Origin: Longimicrobiales bacterium
GTDB taxonomy: Bacteria; Gemmatimonadota; Gemmatimonadetes; Longimicrobiales; Gaopeijiaceae
DNA length: 64,000 nucleotides
NCBI GenBank assembly: GCA_965204735.1
Contig: OZ242008.1
Span: 3,776,001-3,840,000 of the forward strand
Direction of reading: 5' to 3'
In this document: piece by piece, positions 38,846-47,377 of the stretch
How positions within the stretch are numbered: the first letter of the stretch is position 1
Layout of the letters: each line of letters starts with the position of its first letter
The notes under the pieces: model-generated
Databases searched by the model: none
Told to the model about the DNA's origin: nothing
Seen by the model: only the letters and a program-made list of their open reading frames with translations
Made by a program: the position numbers and the translations under genes

Positions 38846-39952
38846 CTATGTAACGAATCGATCGCGAAAATGTTGTGGAACAGGGATGGGCCCGGGCTCG
38901 TGCCCGTCCCCGAGCAGCGCCATGGGCAGCGGATCGAAGTAGAGCTGCCCCAGCAGGCGGCGGCAGTCGTGGCGGAGAGCCGAGCGGCGAAGCAGCTCCA
39001 AGGGAAGCGTTCGGGGTGCGCTGGCCAGGCGGTACTCCTCGATCGCGACGTCGAGCCGTCGGGCTTCCTCCGGCCCCAGGACCTGCTCCAGGCAGTCTCG
39101 AGCGCGCCGGAGCACGTCGACGTGGCCGCCCCGCCGCGCCGGGGTCCCCAGGACGGCCGAGAGGCCGGCTTCGTAGCGGGCCAAGAGGCTGCGGGATCGG
39201 CCTTTCCGGCCCACAAGACGGTTCATTCGCCGCGTCGCCTGCTCGTCGCGCGCCCAGAAGAGGAGCTCGTGGGCTTCGTGATAGGCCACCAGCCCTGCCG
39301 GGTCCGGCCGACTGCGGCGGTGTGCGTGCCCTGCCCGCCGGTCCCTTGGCTCCGCCTCTCGTTCCGCGAGCACGTGCCACCGGTTCCGGGCGAAGGCGCG
39401 CTCCGCGAAGTCCTCCCTTGTCCTTCTCCCGGCCAGCGCGCTTTCCTCCACCACGGGAAGTCCCGGCCAGCGCTTCCGCAGCTCGGCGGCGAAGACCCCG
39501 TTCCCACGGGCGTGGAGGGCCTGCCCGTCCCGATGCAGCTTCACGCTGCCCAGTCCGCACGATGGGGACGCGCTCTTGAGGACGTACCCGTCGAGCCCCG
39601 CTCCGGCCAGCTCCTTGATTCGGAGCTGGGCCCATTCGCGCATCTTCTCGGTGTGGTCGCGCCGGGCGGCCGGCTCCACCAAGCGGATGCCGCCGTCCGC
39701 TTCCTCGAGGCGGATCGGAGGCCGGGGGACCCCCATGCCGATCTCGACCTCGGGACAGACCCTTTCCCACCGGACCCAAGGGGCCAGCGCCTCCGTCAGG
39801 AAGAGGTCGCGCTTGTGGCCTCCGTCGTAGCGAACCGCGTCGCCCAGGAGGCAGGCGGACACGCCCAGGCGAACGGGCCTTTCGGGCGAGAACCAGCGGC
39901 GCCAACCGCCCGGCCAGGGGGCCGACGCCGCGCGGACGCCCTCATCCGGCAA
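38846..39952 (-). CDS. DUF523/DUF1722 (YbbK-YbgA, 2-thiouracil desulfurase-like) protein
   Basis: GVSACLLGDAVRYDGGH, CPEVEIGMGVPR, KSASPSCG. Confidence 0.9.
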   Translation of the reverse strand: MPDEGVRAASAPWPGGWRRWFSPERPVRLGVSACLLGDAVRYDGGHKRDLFLTEALAPWVRWERVCPEVEIGMGVPRPPIRLEEADGGIRLVEPAARRDHTEKMREWAQLRIKELAGAGLDGYVLKSASPSCGLGSVKLHRDGQALHARGNGVFAAELRKRWPGLPVVEESALAGRRTREDFAERAFARNRWHVLAEREAEPRDRRAGHAHRRSRPDPAGLVAYHEAHELLFWARDEQATRRMNRLVGRKGRSRSLLARYEAGLSAVLGTPARRGGHVDVLRRARDCLEQVLGPEEARRLDVAIEEYRLASAPRTLPLELLRRSALRHDCRRLLGQLYFDPLPMALLGDGHEPGPIPVPQHFRDRFVT

Positions 39953-40637
39953 TGGAGTGGCCCAGGGAGAGCGCCGCGGCCACGCCGACGGGCGTGATCA
40001 GGTTGTCGTCGATACCCGTGGAGAGCGCCTCCAGCGCGGCGGCGACGAAGGCCACGGCCAAGCCCAAGGGCGCGCCCGCAAGAGGAACCAGCACCGCCGA
40101 GGCGACGACGAAGAAGGCCGCCGTTCCCTGCACGCTCCCCTTGCCCAGGGGGCGCGTCCCCCAGAGGCGGCCCGCCACGCCGGCGGCCGGGTCGGCCAGC
40201 CCGACGACAAGCATCGCGGGAACGAAGTGAGCGGGCAGGAAGAGCGCCGTCGCCAGCGCTCCCGTCGCGAACCAGGAGGACGACGCGACGCCGCGGGCCT
40301 CCCGAGGAGACGCCAGAGCCCGGAACCAACCGAAAAACGCGGCGTTGACCGCCGGGCGACGGAGACGGACCGCGTCGACCCCGAAGCCGACGACCGCGGC
40401 GGCCGCCAGGAGCCCGCGAAAGCCGGTCGCGTCCGCGCCGGTCGCGTGGCCCGCCACGGCCAGCGCCACGCCGCCCGACGCGTGAAACGCCCGACGCCAG
40501 GGCTGAACTCCCTCCGTCCTCCGGACCAGGGCTTCGAATCCGGCAGCGGTTCGGCTCTCGGGCCCGTCGGGCGCCTTGCCACCTGCGCCGGCGCCCTCGC
40601 CGGGCTCCGCAGACGCGCCGAACCACGTCCGTTTCAT
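39942..40637 (-). CDS. dolichol/phytol kinase-like membrane protein
   Basis: RRAFH, ADPAAGVAG...KGSVQG, DDNL; multiple TM segments. Confidence 0.8.
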   Translation of the reverse strand: MKRTWFGASAEPGEGAGAGGKAPDGPESRTAAGFEALVRRTEGVQPWRRAFHASGGVALAVAGHATGADATGFRGLLAAAAVVGFGVDAVRLRRPAVNAAFFGWFRALASPREARGVASSSWFATGALATALFLPAHFVPAMLVVGLADPAAGVAGRLWGTRPLGKGSVQGTAAFFVVASAVLVPLAGAPLGLAVAFVAAALEALSTGIDDNLITPVGVAAALSLGHSIAG

Positions 40638-40770
40638 GAGGACTGCCGCGTCATTCGTTCCGCTGCGGGAAGAATCGGGTTCGGGGACAACGCCTGGAAC
40701 CTCGTTCGGAGGCATCCACGGCGGCAAGCTGGGGCGGGCCGCGACGAAGCCCCCCGGCTGCTCCAAGACA

Positions 40771-40827
40771 GGGTTACGACACCGTTACGCAACTCGCCCA
40801 CGGGCCGTTACGACGGCTCGGCATCAT
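40771..40827 (+). promoter_or_regulatory. Pho-box-like direct repeats and -10 element
   Basis: GTTAC at 40773 and 40784 (11-bp period) and at 40807; the last CCGTTAC lies 10 bp before CATCAT. Confidence 0.6.
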
Positions 40828-40912
40828 GCGGTCGCAACCCGCACTTCGCGGACGCGCATCCCCGCTTCGCGAAGCAGGGACCCTTCTTCCGCACGGAGCA
40901 ACCAGACCGCAC

Positions 40913-43906
40913 GTGGAAATCAGCAGCAGAACCCAAGCCGGCTCCTCCGGCCCGCCCAAGGCGCCGATCTCGTCCGCCGGCCCCGCCACAGCGACCACCT
41001 CGTCCGCCGGCCCGCCCCAGGCGACCACCTTGTCCGCCGGTCCGTCCACAACGACCACCTCGTCCGCCCGCCCGTCCACAGCGGCCACCTCGTCCTGCGG
41101 CCCGCCCACAACGGCCACCTTGTTGGGCGTGCTGGCCCTGGTTCTTGCTGCCGCTCTACCGGCGTCCGGTTCGGCCCAGACCGGTCGGATCGTCGGGCGG
41201 CTCGTGGACCAGCAGACCGCGCGGGCCGTCCCCAGCGCCCAGGTGTACCTGGAGGACCGGAGCGTCGGGGGGCTGTCGGGGATCGACGGACGCTACCTGC
41301 TTCGCGACGTGCCGCCCGGGGTGCACTCGGTGGTGGTGCAGATGATCGGCTACGCCACCAAGACGATCACGGGCATCGTCGTGGACCCCGGCGACGTGGC
41401 CGTGCTCGACGTGTCCATCGAGCCTGCGGCGGTCGCCGTGGAGGGGATCACGGTAGAGGCGACGGCGGAGACGGGCTCCACGACGGCCCTCCTCGTGGAG
41501 CGCCGGCAGGAGTCCTTCGTCGTGGACGCCATCGGCGCCGACCAGATAGCCAACTCTCCCGACGGCGACGCGGCGGCGGCGCTGAAGCGCGTCCCCGGGC
41601 TCTCGGTGGTGGACGGCAAGTTCGCCTACGTGAGGGGGCTGGGAGAGCGCTACAGCTCCACCTCCCTCAACGGCGCCCCCCTCGCGTCGCCCATGCCCGA
41701 TCGCAAGGTCGTGCCCCTCGACGTCGTGCCGTCGGACCTGCTGGAGTCGATCGTCACGGCCAAGAGCTACTCCCCCGACCAGCCCGGCGACTACGCCGGC
41801 GGCCTGGTGGAGCTCCGCACCAAGGACTTTCCGGCGCGACGCATCTTCTCGGCGTCTGTCTCCGGCGGCATGAACACGGCGACCACCTTCGAGGACGGCC
41901 TGGGCTACGCCGGCGGCGGGCTGGACTTCCTGGGCTTCGACGACGGCACCCGAGACCTGCCCGCGCTGCTTCCGACGAACCAGCGGGTGATCTTCCCCCA
42001 CTTCACCCGCTCCGAGCTGGAGCACTTCGGCGAAGCGTTCGGAGGCGACTGGGGTCCCACTCTGCGGAGCCTCCCGCCCAACGGGTCGCTCGGGCTCTCC
42101 TACGGCGACAACCTGGACGTCTTCGGTCGGTCGCTGGGCGTGCTGGGCTCGCTGACGTACTCCAACTCCGTGGGCGGTCGCAACGAGATCGTGGAGCGCG
42201 TGTTCTCGGCTTCCGGAGCAGCGGACCCGGAGGTCGACTACGCAGGCCAAGCCACGACGCGGTCGGTGTCGCTGGGGGGGCTGGCCAACGTCTCGTACGA
42301 GCTGACCCCCACCAGCCGCCTCACGGCCAACTTCGTCTACAACCGCCTCATGGACGACGAGGCCCGGACGTACGAGGGCTTCAACCTCGACTCCAACGCC
42401 GACCAGCGGAACCACCGGATCCGCTTTCTGGCCCAGACCCTGGTCAACGCCCAGCTCAAGGGCGAGCATCGGCTGGGCTTCCTGGCCGATGCCAAGTTCG
42501 ACTGGCGGGGCGCCTGGTCCCGCGCGCGGCGCTACGAGCCCAACACCCGCGAGGTGCTGTACCGGAAGGACGACGGCGACTTCCTCTTCGACAACTTCGT
42601 GTCGTCGGGCTCGGTGTTTCATCAGGACTTGGTGGACGACACCTACAGCGGAGCGGCGGACTTGGCCCTGCCCTTCACGCTGGGAGACGGCGACAGGACC
42701 GGAACGATCTCGTTGGGAGGCTTCGCCAGCGTGAAGCGTCGCGACGCCTTCACACGTCGGTTCCGGTTCCTGGTGGTCCCCGGCGGCGGCCTGGACAGAG
42801 CCGCCAGGTCCAAGGAGCCCAACGACCTCTTCGACGCGCAGACGATCGGCAGCGGATTCGAGCTGCAGGAGGCCACCTTTCGGCCCGACAACTACGACGC
42901 GTCGGAGGACGTCTACGCGGGCTACGCGATGGTGGACGCGCAGGTCGCGGCGCGCGTGAAGGTCATGGCGGGGCTGCGGGTGGAGTCGGCAGCGCAGACC
43001 GTCGCGCCCAAGGACCTCTTCGACTTGGGGCTGGACCCGCTGCCGGCGGCGTCGTTGGACGACGTGGACCTGCTGCCCGGCGCCAACCTGACGTTCCGGC
43101 TGAGCGAGAACACGAACTTGCGCCTGGGAGCGTCCGGCACCTTGGCCCGTCCCCAGCTTCGCGAGCTGGCGCCGTTCGCCTACGCAGACTACGCCGGCGG
43201 TTTTCTGACGGTGGGCAACCCGGAGCTGCGCCGATCGCGGATCCTCAACTTGGACGCTCGCTGGGAGACGTTCCTGGGCCGGGGCGTGGTGATGGCGGCC
43301 AGCGGCTTCTACAAGGCCTTCGACAGTCCGATCGAGGTCGCCGTGCTGCCCAGCTCGGAGCTGCTCAAGACCTGGGTGAACGGCGGCACGGCCGACAACT
43401 ACGGCGTGGAGCTGGAGTTCCGGTCGGACCTGGGCTTCGTGTCGCCCGGCCTGGCGTCGGTCTCCCTGAACAGCAACCTGACGCTCGTGCGATCGGAGGT
43501 CGGCACGCCCGACGTGATCCGGGTGCACCTGCCCGGCGAAGGCGGCGCCGACTTGCCGGTCGTGCCCAAGACAAGGGCTCTCCAGGGGCAGTCTCCCTAC
43601 GTGGCCAACGTGGGCCTGACCTATGCGTCGCCGTCGGGAGCGTCTATGGCCAGCCTGCTCTTCAACCGCTTCGGGCGTCGCATCGACGCCGTGGGCGGTC
43701 AAGCCACGCCGGAGATCGTCGAGGAGGCCCGAAGCCAGCTCGACGTCGTCCTGGAACAGCGGATCCGAGGCGGCGCCAAGATCAAGCTTTCGGCCGGCCG
43801 ACTGCTGGGGAACGTGGTGAAGTTCACCCAGGGCGGCGGCGAGCTCCGGAGCTGGAACGCAGGACGAACCTTCTCCCTGTCGCTGGGCTGGGGGACGGGA
43901 GAATGA
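40913..43906 (+). CDS. TonB-dependent receptor with carboxypeptidase-regulatory-like N-domain
   Basis: Plug (KRVPGLSVVDGKFAYVRGLGERY), barrel strands, GRTFSLSLGW C-terminus; start 40826 or 40913. Confidence 0.92.
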   Translation: MEISSRTQAGSSGPPKAPISSAGPATATTSSAGPPQATTLSAGPSTTTTSSARPSTAATSSCGPPTTATLLGVLALVLAAALPASGSAQTGRIVGRLVDQQTARAVPSAQVYLEDRSVGGLSGIDGRYLLRDVPPGVHSVVVQMIGYATKTITGIVVDPGDVAVLDVSIEPAAVAVEGITVEATAETGSTTALLVERRQESFVVDAIGADQIANSPDGDAAAALKRVPGLSVVDGKFAYVRGLGERYSSTSLNGAPLASPMPDRKVVPLDVVPSDLLESIVTAKSYSPDQPGDYAGGLVELRTKDFPARRIFSASVSGGMNTATTFEDGLGYAGGGLDFLGFDDGTRDLPALLPTNQRVIFPHFTRSELEHFGEAFGGDWGPTLRSLPPNGSLGLSYGDNLDVFGRSLGVLGSLTYSNSVGGRNEIVERVFSASGAADPEVDYAGQATTRSVSLGGLANVSYELTPTSRLTANFVYNRLMDDEARTYEGFNLDSNADQRNHRIRFLAQTLVNAQLKGEHRLGFLADAKFDWRGAWSRARRYEPNTREVLYRKDDGDFLFDNFVSSGSVFHQDLVDDTYSGAADLALPFTLGDGDRTGTISLGGFASVKRRDAFTRRFRFLVVPGGGLDRAARSKEPNDLFDAQTIGSGFELQEATFRPDNYDASEDVYAGYAMVDAQVAARVKVMAGLRVESAAQTVAPKDLFDLGLDPLPAASLDDVDLLPGANLTFRLSENTNLRLGASGTLARPQLRELAPFAYADYAGGFLTVGNPELRRSRILNLDARWETFLGRGVVMAASGFYKAFDSPIEVAVLPSSELLKTWVNGGTADNYGVELEFRSDLGFVSPGLASVSLNSNLTLVRSEVGTPDVIRVHLPGEGGADLPVVPKTRALQGQSPYVANVGLTYASPSGASMASLLFNRFGRRIDAVGGQATPEIVEEARSQLDVVLEQRIRGGAKIKLSAGRLLGNVVKFTQGGGELRSWNAGRTFSLSLGWGTGE
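40947..41126 (+). repeat. 6 x 30-bp degenerate in-frame tandem repeat
   Basis: Consensus ccggcccgcccacagcgaccacctcgtccg, encoding SAGPxTATTS-like units ahead of the signal-peptide h-region. Confidence 0.9.
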
Positions 43907-45231
43907 AGGAGACGAGCCGGAAGATCCTCGATTCTCTGGGGCCGGCCGTGGCTGCCGTCGTCCTCGCGGGCGCGTGCGGAGACGACGGCACGACCCCAGC
44001 GACCCCGACGCCCCGTCCATCGGCCGCGGGCCAAGCCTCGGCAGCCAACTTGTTCGGCACGATCGACGGAACGCGCACGCTCCATCCCGACACGACGTAC
44101 TTTCTCAAGGGCATCGTGACGGTGAGAGCAGGCGGCGAACTCCGCATCCCGGCGGGAACCGTCGTCCAAGGCGACGCGACGGTGCCGCCGACGGCCCTGA
44201 TCGTGCGCACCGGCGGCAAGATATACTCGGAAGGCACGGCCGCCGACCCAGTGGTGTTCACCAGCAGCAACCCCGTGGGCGAGCGGCGGGCGGGAGATTG
44301 GGGCGGCGTGGTGATCAACGGCCGGTCGCTGTGCAACTTTCCGGCCGACGCGTGCGTGGGCGAGGGATCCTCGGGCAGATACGGCGGCGCCGACCGCGAC
44401 GACGACAGCGGGCGGATCGTGTACACGCGCGTCGAGTTCGCCGGCTACGAGGTCTCCTTCGGCAACGAGCTCAACGCCCTGACCCTCAACGGCGTGGGCG
44501 CGGGCACCGAGATACATCACGTGCAGACCAACGTGGGACTGGACGACGGGATCGAGTTCTTCGGGGGCACGGTGGACCTGAAGTACGCCCTGGTCACCAA
44601 CGCCAGCGACGACAGCTTCGACTACTCCACGGGATGGCAGGGGCGCGGGCAGTTCTGGATCGCCCAGCAGGACCCCGACGACGCCGACAACGGCTTCGAG
44701 GTGGACGGCAACGAAGAGGACTTCAACGCCATGCCGCTGACCGACCCGACGATCTACAACGTCACCCTGGTGGGCAACGGCCCCGGCGGCGACGGCGGCG
44801 ACGAGTCCGCGGACGGCTTCCGGCTGCGACGGGGCGCCGCCGGGAGCATCTACAACGCCGTCGTGATCGGCTTCGGAAAAGCGGGACTGGACATCGACAA
44901 CCCTGAAACTGTGGAAGGAGACCCGGTGGAGCTGCGCAACTCGGTGCTGGCCGAGAACAAGGCGCCGTTCTCCGACGACGACGACGGCATCGACGAAGCC
45001 GAGTACTTCAACAACTCCGAGTGGGGCAACCGGGCGCTCGACAGCGCGATGCTGACCGCTCCCTACGACCGCGACGCCCCGGACTTCACGCCCATGGCCG
45101 GCTCGCCCCTGCTGACCGGCTCGGCGACGCCGCCCGACGACGGCTTCTTCACCGCGACGAACTACATCGGCGCGGCGTCGCCGAGCGGCGACAAGTGGTG
45201 GATGGGCTGGACCTCGTTCGTCCGCAACTGA
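43903..45231 (+). CDS. beta-helix-type lipoprotein (ElpS-like, TonB-receptor associated)
   Basis: ATGA overlap; lipobox LAGAC; GDWGGVVING, NELNALTLNGVG, DDGIEFFGGTV, WWMGWT. Confidence 0.8.
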   Translation: MKETSRKILDSLGPAVAAVVLAGACGDDGTTPATPTPRPSAAGQASAANLFGTIDGTRTLHPDTTYFLKGIVTVRAGGELRIPAGTVVQGDATVPPTALIVRTGGKIYSEGTAADPVVFTSSNPVGERRAGDWGGVVINGRSLCNFPADACVGEGSSGRYGGADRDDDSGRIVYTRVEFAGYEVSFGNELNALTLNGVGAGTEIHHVQTNVGLDDGIEFFGGTVDLKYALVTNASDDSFDYSTGWQGRGQFWIAQQDPDDADNGFEVDGNEEDFNAMPLTDPTIYNVTLVGNGPGGDGGDESADGFRLRRGAAGSIYNAVVIGFGKAGLDIDNPETVEGDPVELRNSVLAENKAPFSDDDDGIDEAEYFNNSEWGNRALDSAMLTAPYDRDAPDFTPMAGSPLLTGSATPPDDGFFTATNYIGAASPSGDKWWMGWTSFVRN

Positions 45232-45839
45232 CGCGGCGGTCCGTCCCAGGGGGGACGGCCGCACGAAGCTGCCGCCGGGCGGGCCGTTTCCCTTGGACGG
45301 CGCCCTCTGGGCCGGCCGTCGCGGCGAGCGTTGCGCTTGCGGTCTGCGGCGGCCAGCCCCCCTTTCCGGGTTCGGCCGGCAGCCTAGACGCACTGGGAAG
45401 GGACGTGCTGGCAGCCTTCCAGCGAGGCGACCGCGAGGCGCTGGACGCCTTCCGCCTCACCGAGCGGGAGCACAACGAGGTGATCTGGCCGGAGCTTCCC
45501 GCCGCCGAAGCGGACTACCCCTTGGACATGGCTTGGCGGAACATTCAGCTGCGCAACCAGCGGGCGGTTCCACGCGCCGCGGGCGGTCTCCGGCGAACCT
45601 TCGAGCGTTCGGGGCCCCCGGAGTTCGAGAGCGTCGAGTGCGAGGGCGGCGTCGAGTCCTTCGACACCTTCGTCGTCCACACGGACTGCCACGTCCGCTT
45701 TCGCGCCGGCGACGCCGCCTACAAGGTTCAGCTCTTCAAGGACGTGCTGGTTCGGAACGGAGGCTACAAGGTGTTCCGCTACTACGACGAGGACGTGGAG
45801 AGCGTCGCCCCCGAGGGGGATCGGAGGGACGGCGCGTGA
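45228..45839 (+). CDS. hypothetical (lipo)protein
   Basis: Fills the operon gap with 4-bp overlaps at both ends; ALAVC lipobox-like; start uncertain. Confidence 0.65.
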   Translation: MTRRSVPGGTAARSCRRAGRFPWTAPSGPAVAASVALAVCGGQPPFPGSAGSLDALGRDVLAAFQRGDREALDAFRLTEREHNEVIWPELPAAEADYPLDMAWRNIQLRNQRAVPRAAGGLRRTFERSGPPEFESVECEGGVESFDTFVVHTDCHVRFRAGDAAYKVQLFKDVLVRNGGYKVFRYYDEDVESVAPEGDRRDGA

Positions 45840-46582
45840 GCCGGTCCGGCGCGGGCGCCGCCTCCAGGGTCCTGGTCGTGGAGGACGAAAGCGAGATCGC
45901 GGGGCTGATCGCCTACCAGCTGACCCGACAGGGGCATCGCGTCGAAACGGCTCTGACCGGCGCCGCGGCCCTGGACGCGCTGCACCGGAACCTGCCCGAC
46001 TTGGTGGTCCTGGATCGGATGCTGCCCGACGTCTCGGGAGACGAAGTGCTCAAGAGCGTCCGGTCGGACCCGGACACCCGGGAGGTCCCGGTTCTGGTGC
46101 TCACCGCCAAGCGGGAGGAAGAAGACCGGATCACGGGCTTGGAGATGGGGGCGGACGACTACCTCACCAAGCCCTTCAGCCCTCGCGAGCTGGTGCTCCG
46201 CGTCGACGCGATCCTCCGGCGGGCGCGGGGCGAGGTCCACTCCGACAGCGGCGGCCAGATCATGCAGTCGGGGGGACTCAAGCTCGACCTGGGGGCGAAG
46301 CAGGTGACCCGAAACGGCGAGCCGCTTCACCTCACGCGAATCGAGTTTCGGCTGCTGCGGGCGCTGATGGCCCGTCGGGGCCGCACCCGGAGCCGCGACC
46401 AGCTTCTCGCGGACATGTGGGAGACCCGGATCGACATGGTCGCCCGCGTCCGGACCCGCACGGTGGACATGCATGTGCGTCGCCTCCGGGGCAAGCTGGG
46501 CGCCGAGGGCGACCGGATAGAGACGGTGCGGGGCTTCGGCTACCGCTTTCGCAGGGCGACGGAGGCCGAGCCCAAGAGCTAG
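45836..46582 (+). CDS. OmpR/PhoB-family response regulator
   Basis: VLVVEDE, LDRMLP, GADDYLTKPFSPREL, RTVDMHVRRLR, ETVRGFGY. Confidence 0.92.
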   Translation: MSRSGAGAASRVLVVEDESEIAGLIAYQLTRQGHRVETALTGAAALDALHRNLPDLVVLDRMLPDVSGDEVLKSVRSDPDTREVPVLVLTAKREEEDRITGLEMGADDYLTKPFSPRELVLRVDAILRRARGEVHSDSGGQIMQSGGLKLDLGAKQVTRNGEPLHLTRIEFRLLRALMARRGRTRSRDQLLADMWETRIDMVARVRTRTVDMHVRRLRGKLGAEGDRIETVRGFGYRFRRATEAEPKS

Positions 46583-46613
46583 AGGGGAGGCGGCCGCCTC
46601 TGCGGTGGTCCCT

Positions 46614-47270
46614 TCAAAGCAGCGGCGACATCTCCAGCTTCGAGACGTGCAGGTTCAGCCCGTGGTTCACCCGGAAACCATACGCTCCGTCCGTGGCGAA
46701 TTGAGCGCGGGGCAAGCTGGCCACCTCGGCGTCGTTGACGAAGAAGCGGACGCTTTCGCCCCGTGCTTCCACGACGAGCACGTTCTTGACGGTCGCGCCT
46801 CCTTCTTCCCGGTCCTCGAAGGAGAGAATCGCCGGGTGGGCGGTCCAGGGGAGCACCGTGGGCGCCTCGGGGCCCTCCCGCCGCTTCACGATGAACTCGC
46901 CCCCGTTGCGGATCAGGAAGTAGCTGTACTCGACGGCGTCGCCCTCCATCTCGCGACCGCCGACGAAGATGCCGAACGCCTCCCGCCGCTGCCCGGGGTC
47001 GAAGAGGAAGACTTCCATTTCGACGCGGAAGTCGCCCGAAGCCTCCATCTCCGGGCCCCAGTAGACGGCCGGGGGACCGGAAGTGACGTGCCATCCCGGC
47101 GGCATCTCCACGAACATCTCCAGGTCGGCCTCCGAGCTGCTCGGGTCGTCGAAGCGGACGCTCCATCGATCCGGGCGCTCCAGGTCCTGGGCGTTCGCCT
47201 GGACGGCGGCGGCCGTCACGGCAAGGACGAGCGCCGGGGCGGAAAGGAACCGCGCAAAGATCTTCTTCAT
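46614..47270 (-). CDS. secreted hypothetical protein (beta-sandwich-like)
   Basis: Signal peptide ending ANA; GC3-biased codon usage. Confidence 0.75.
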   Translation of the reverse strand: MKKIFARFLSAPALVLAVTAAAVQANAQDLERPDRWSVRFDDPSSSEADLEMFVEMPPGWHVTSGPPAVYWGPEMEASGDFRVEMEVFLFDPGQRREAFGIFVGGREMEGDAVEYSYFLIRNGGEFIVKRREGPEAPTVLPWTAHPAILSFEDREEGGATVKNVLVVEARGESVRFFVNDAEVASLPRAQFATDGAYGFRVNHGLNLHVSKLEMSPLL

Positions 47271-47377
47271 GGGGGCGCCTCGCGGGGCTTGAGTCGGAGC
47301 TGAAGCGTGGGCACGCGCGAAACGCTAGCGCACCCGAATCGGGGAGCGCAAGTGTGGGCCGCTCATGCCGGGGCCGC

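Noticed and set aside
39880..39952. Possible frameshift at the start of the DUF523 gene (out-of-frame ATG 39945)
   Set aside because: The main frame is open with usable TTG/GTG starts, so no frameshift is needed
40947..41126. 30-bp repeats as a CRISPR array
   Set aside because: Head-to-tail with no spacers; coding VNTR
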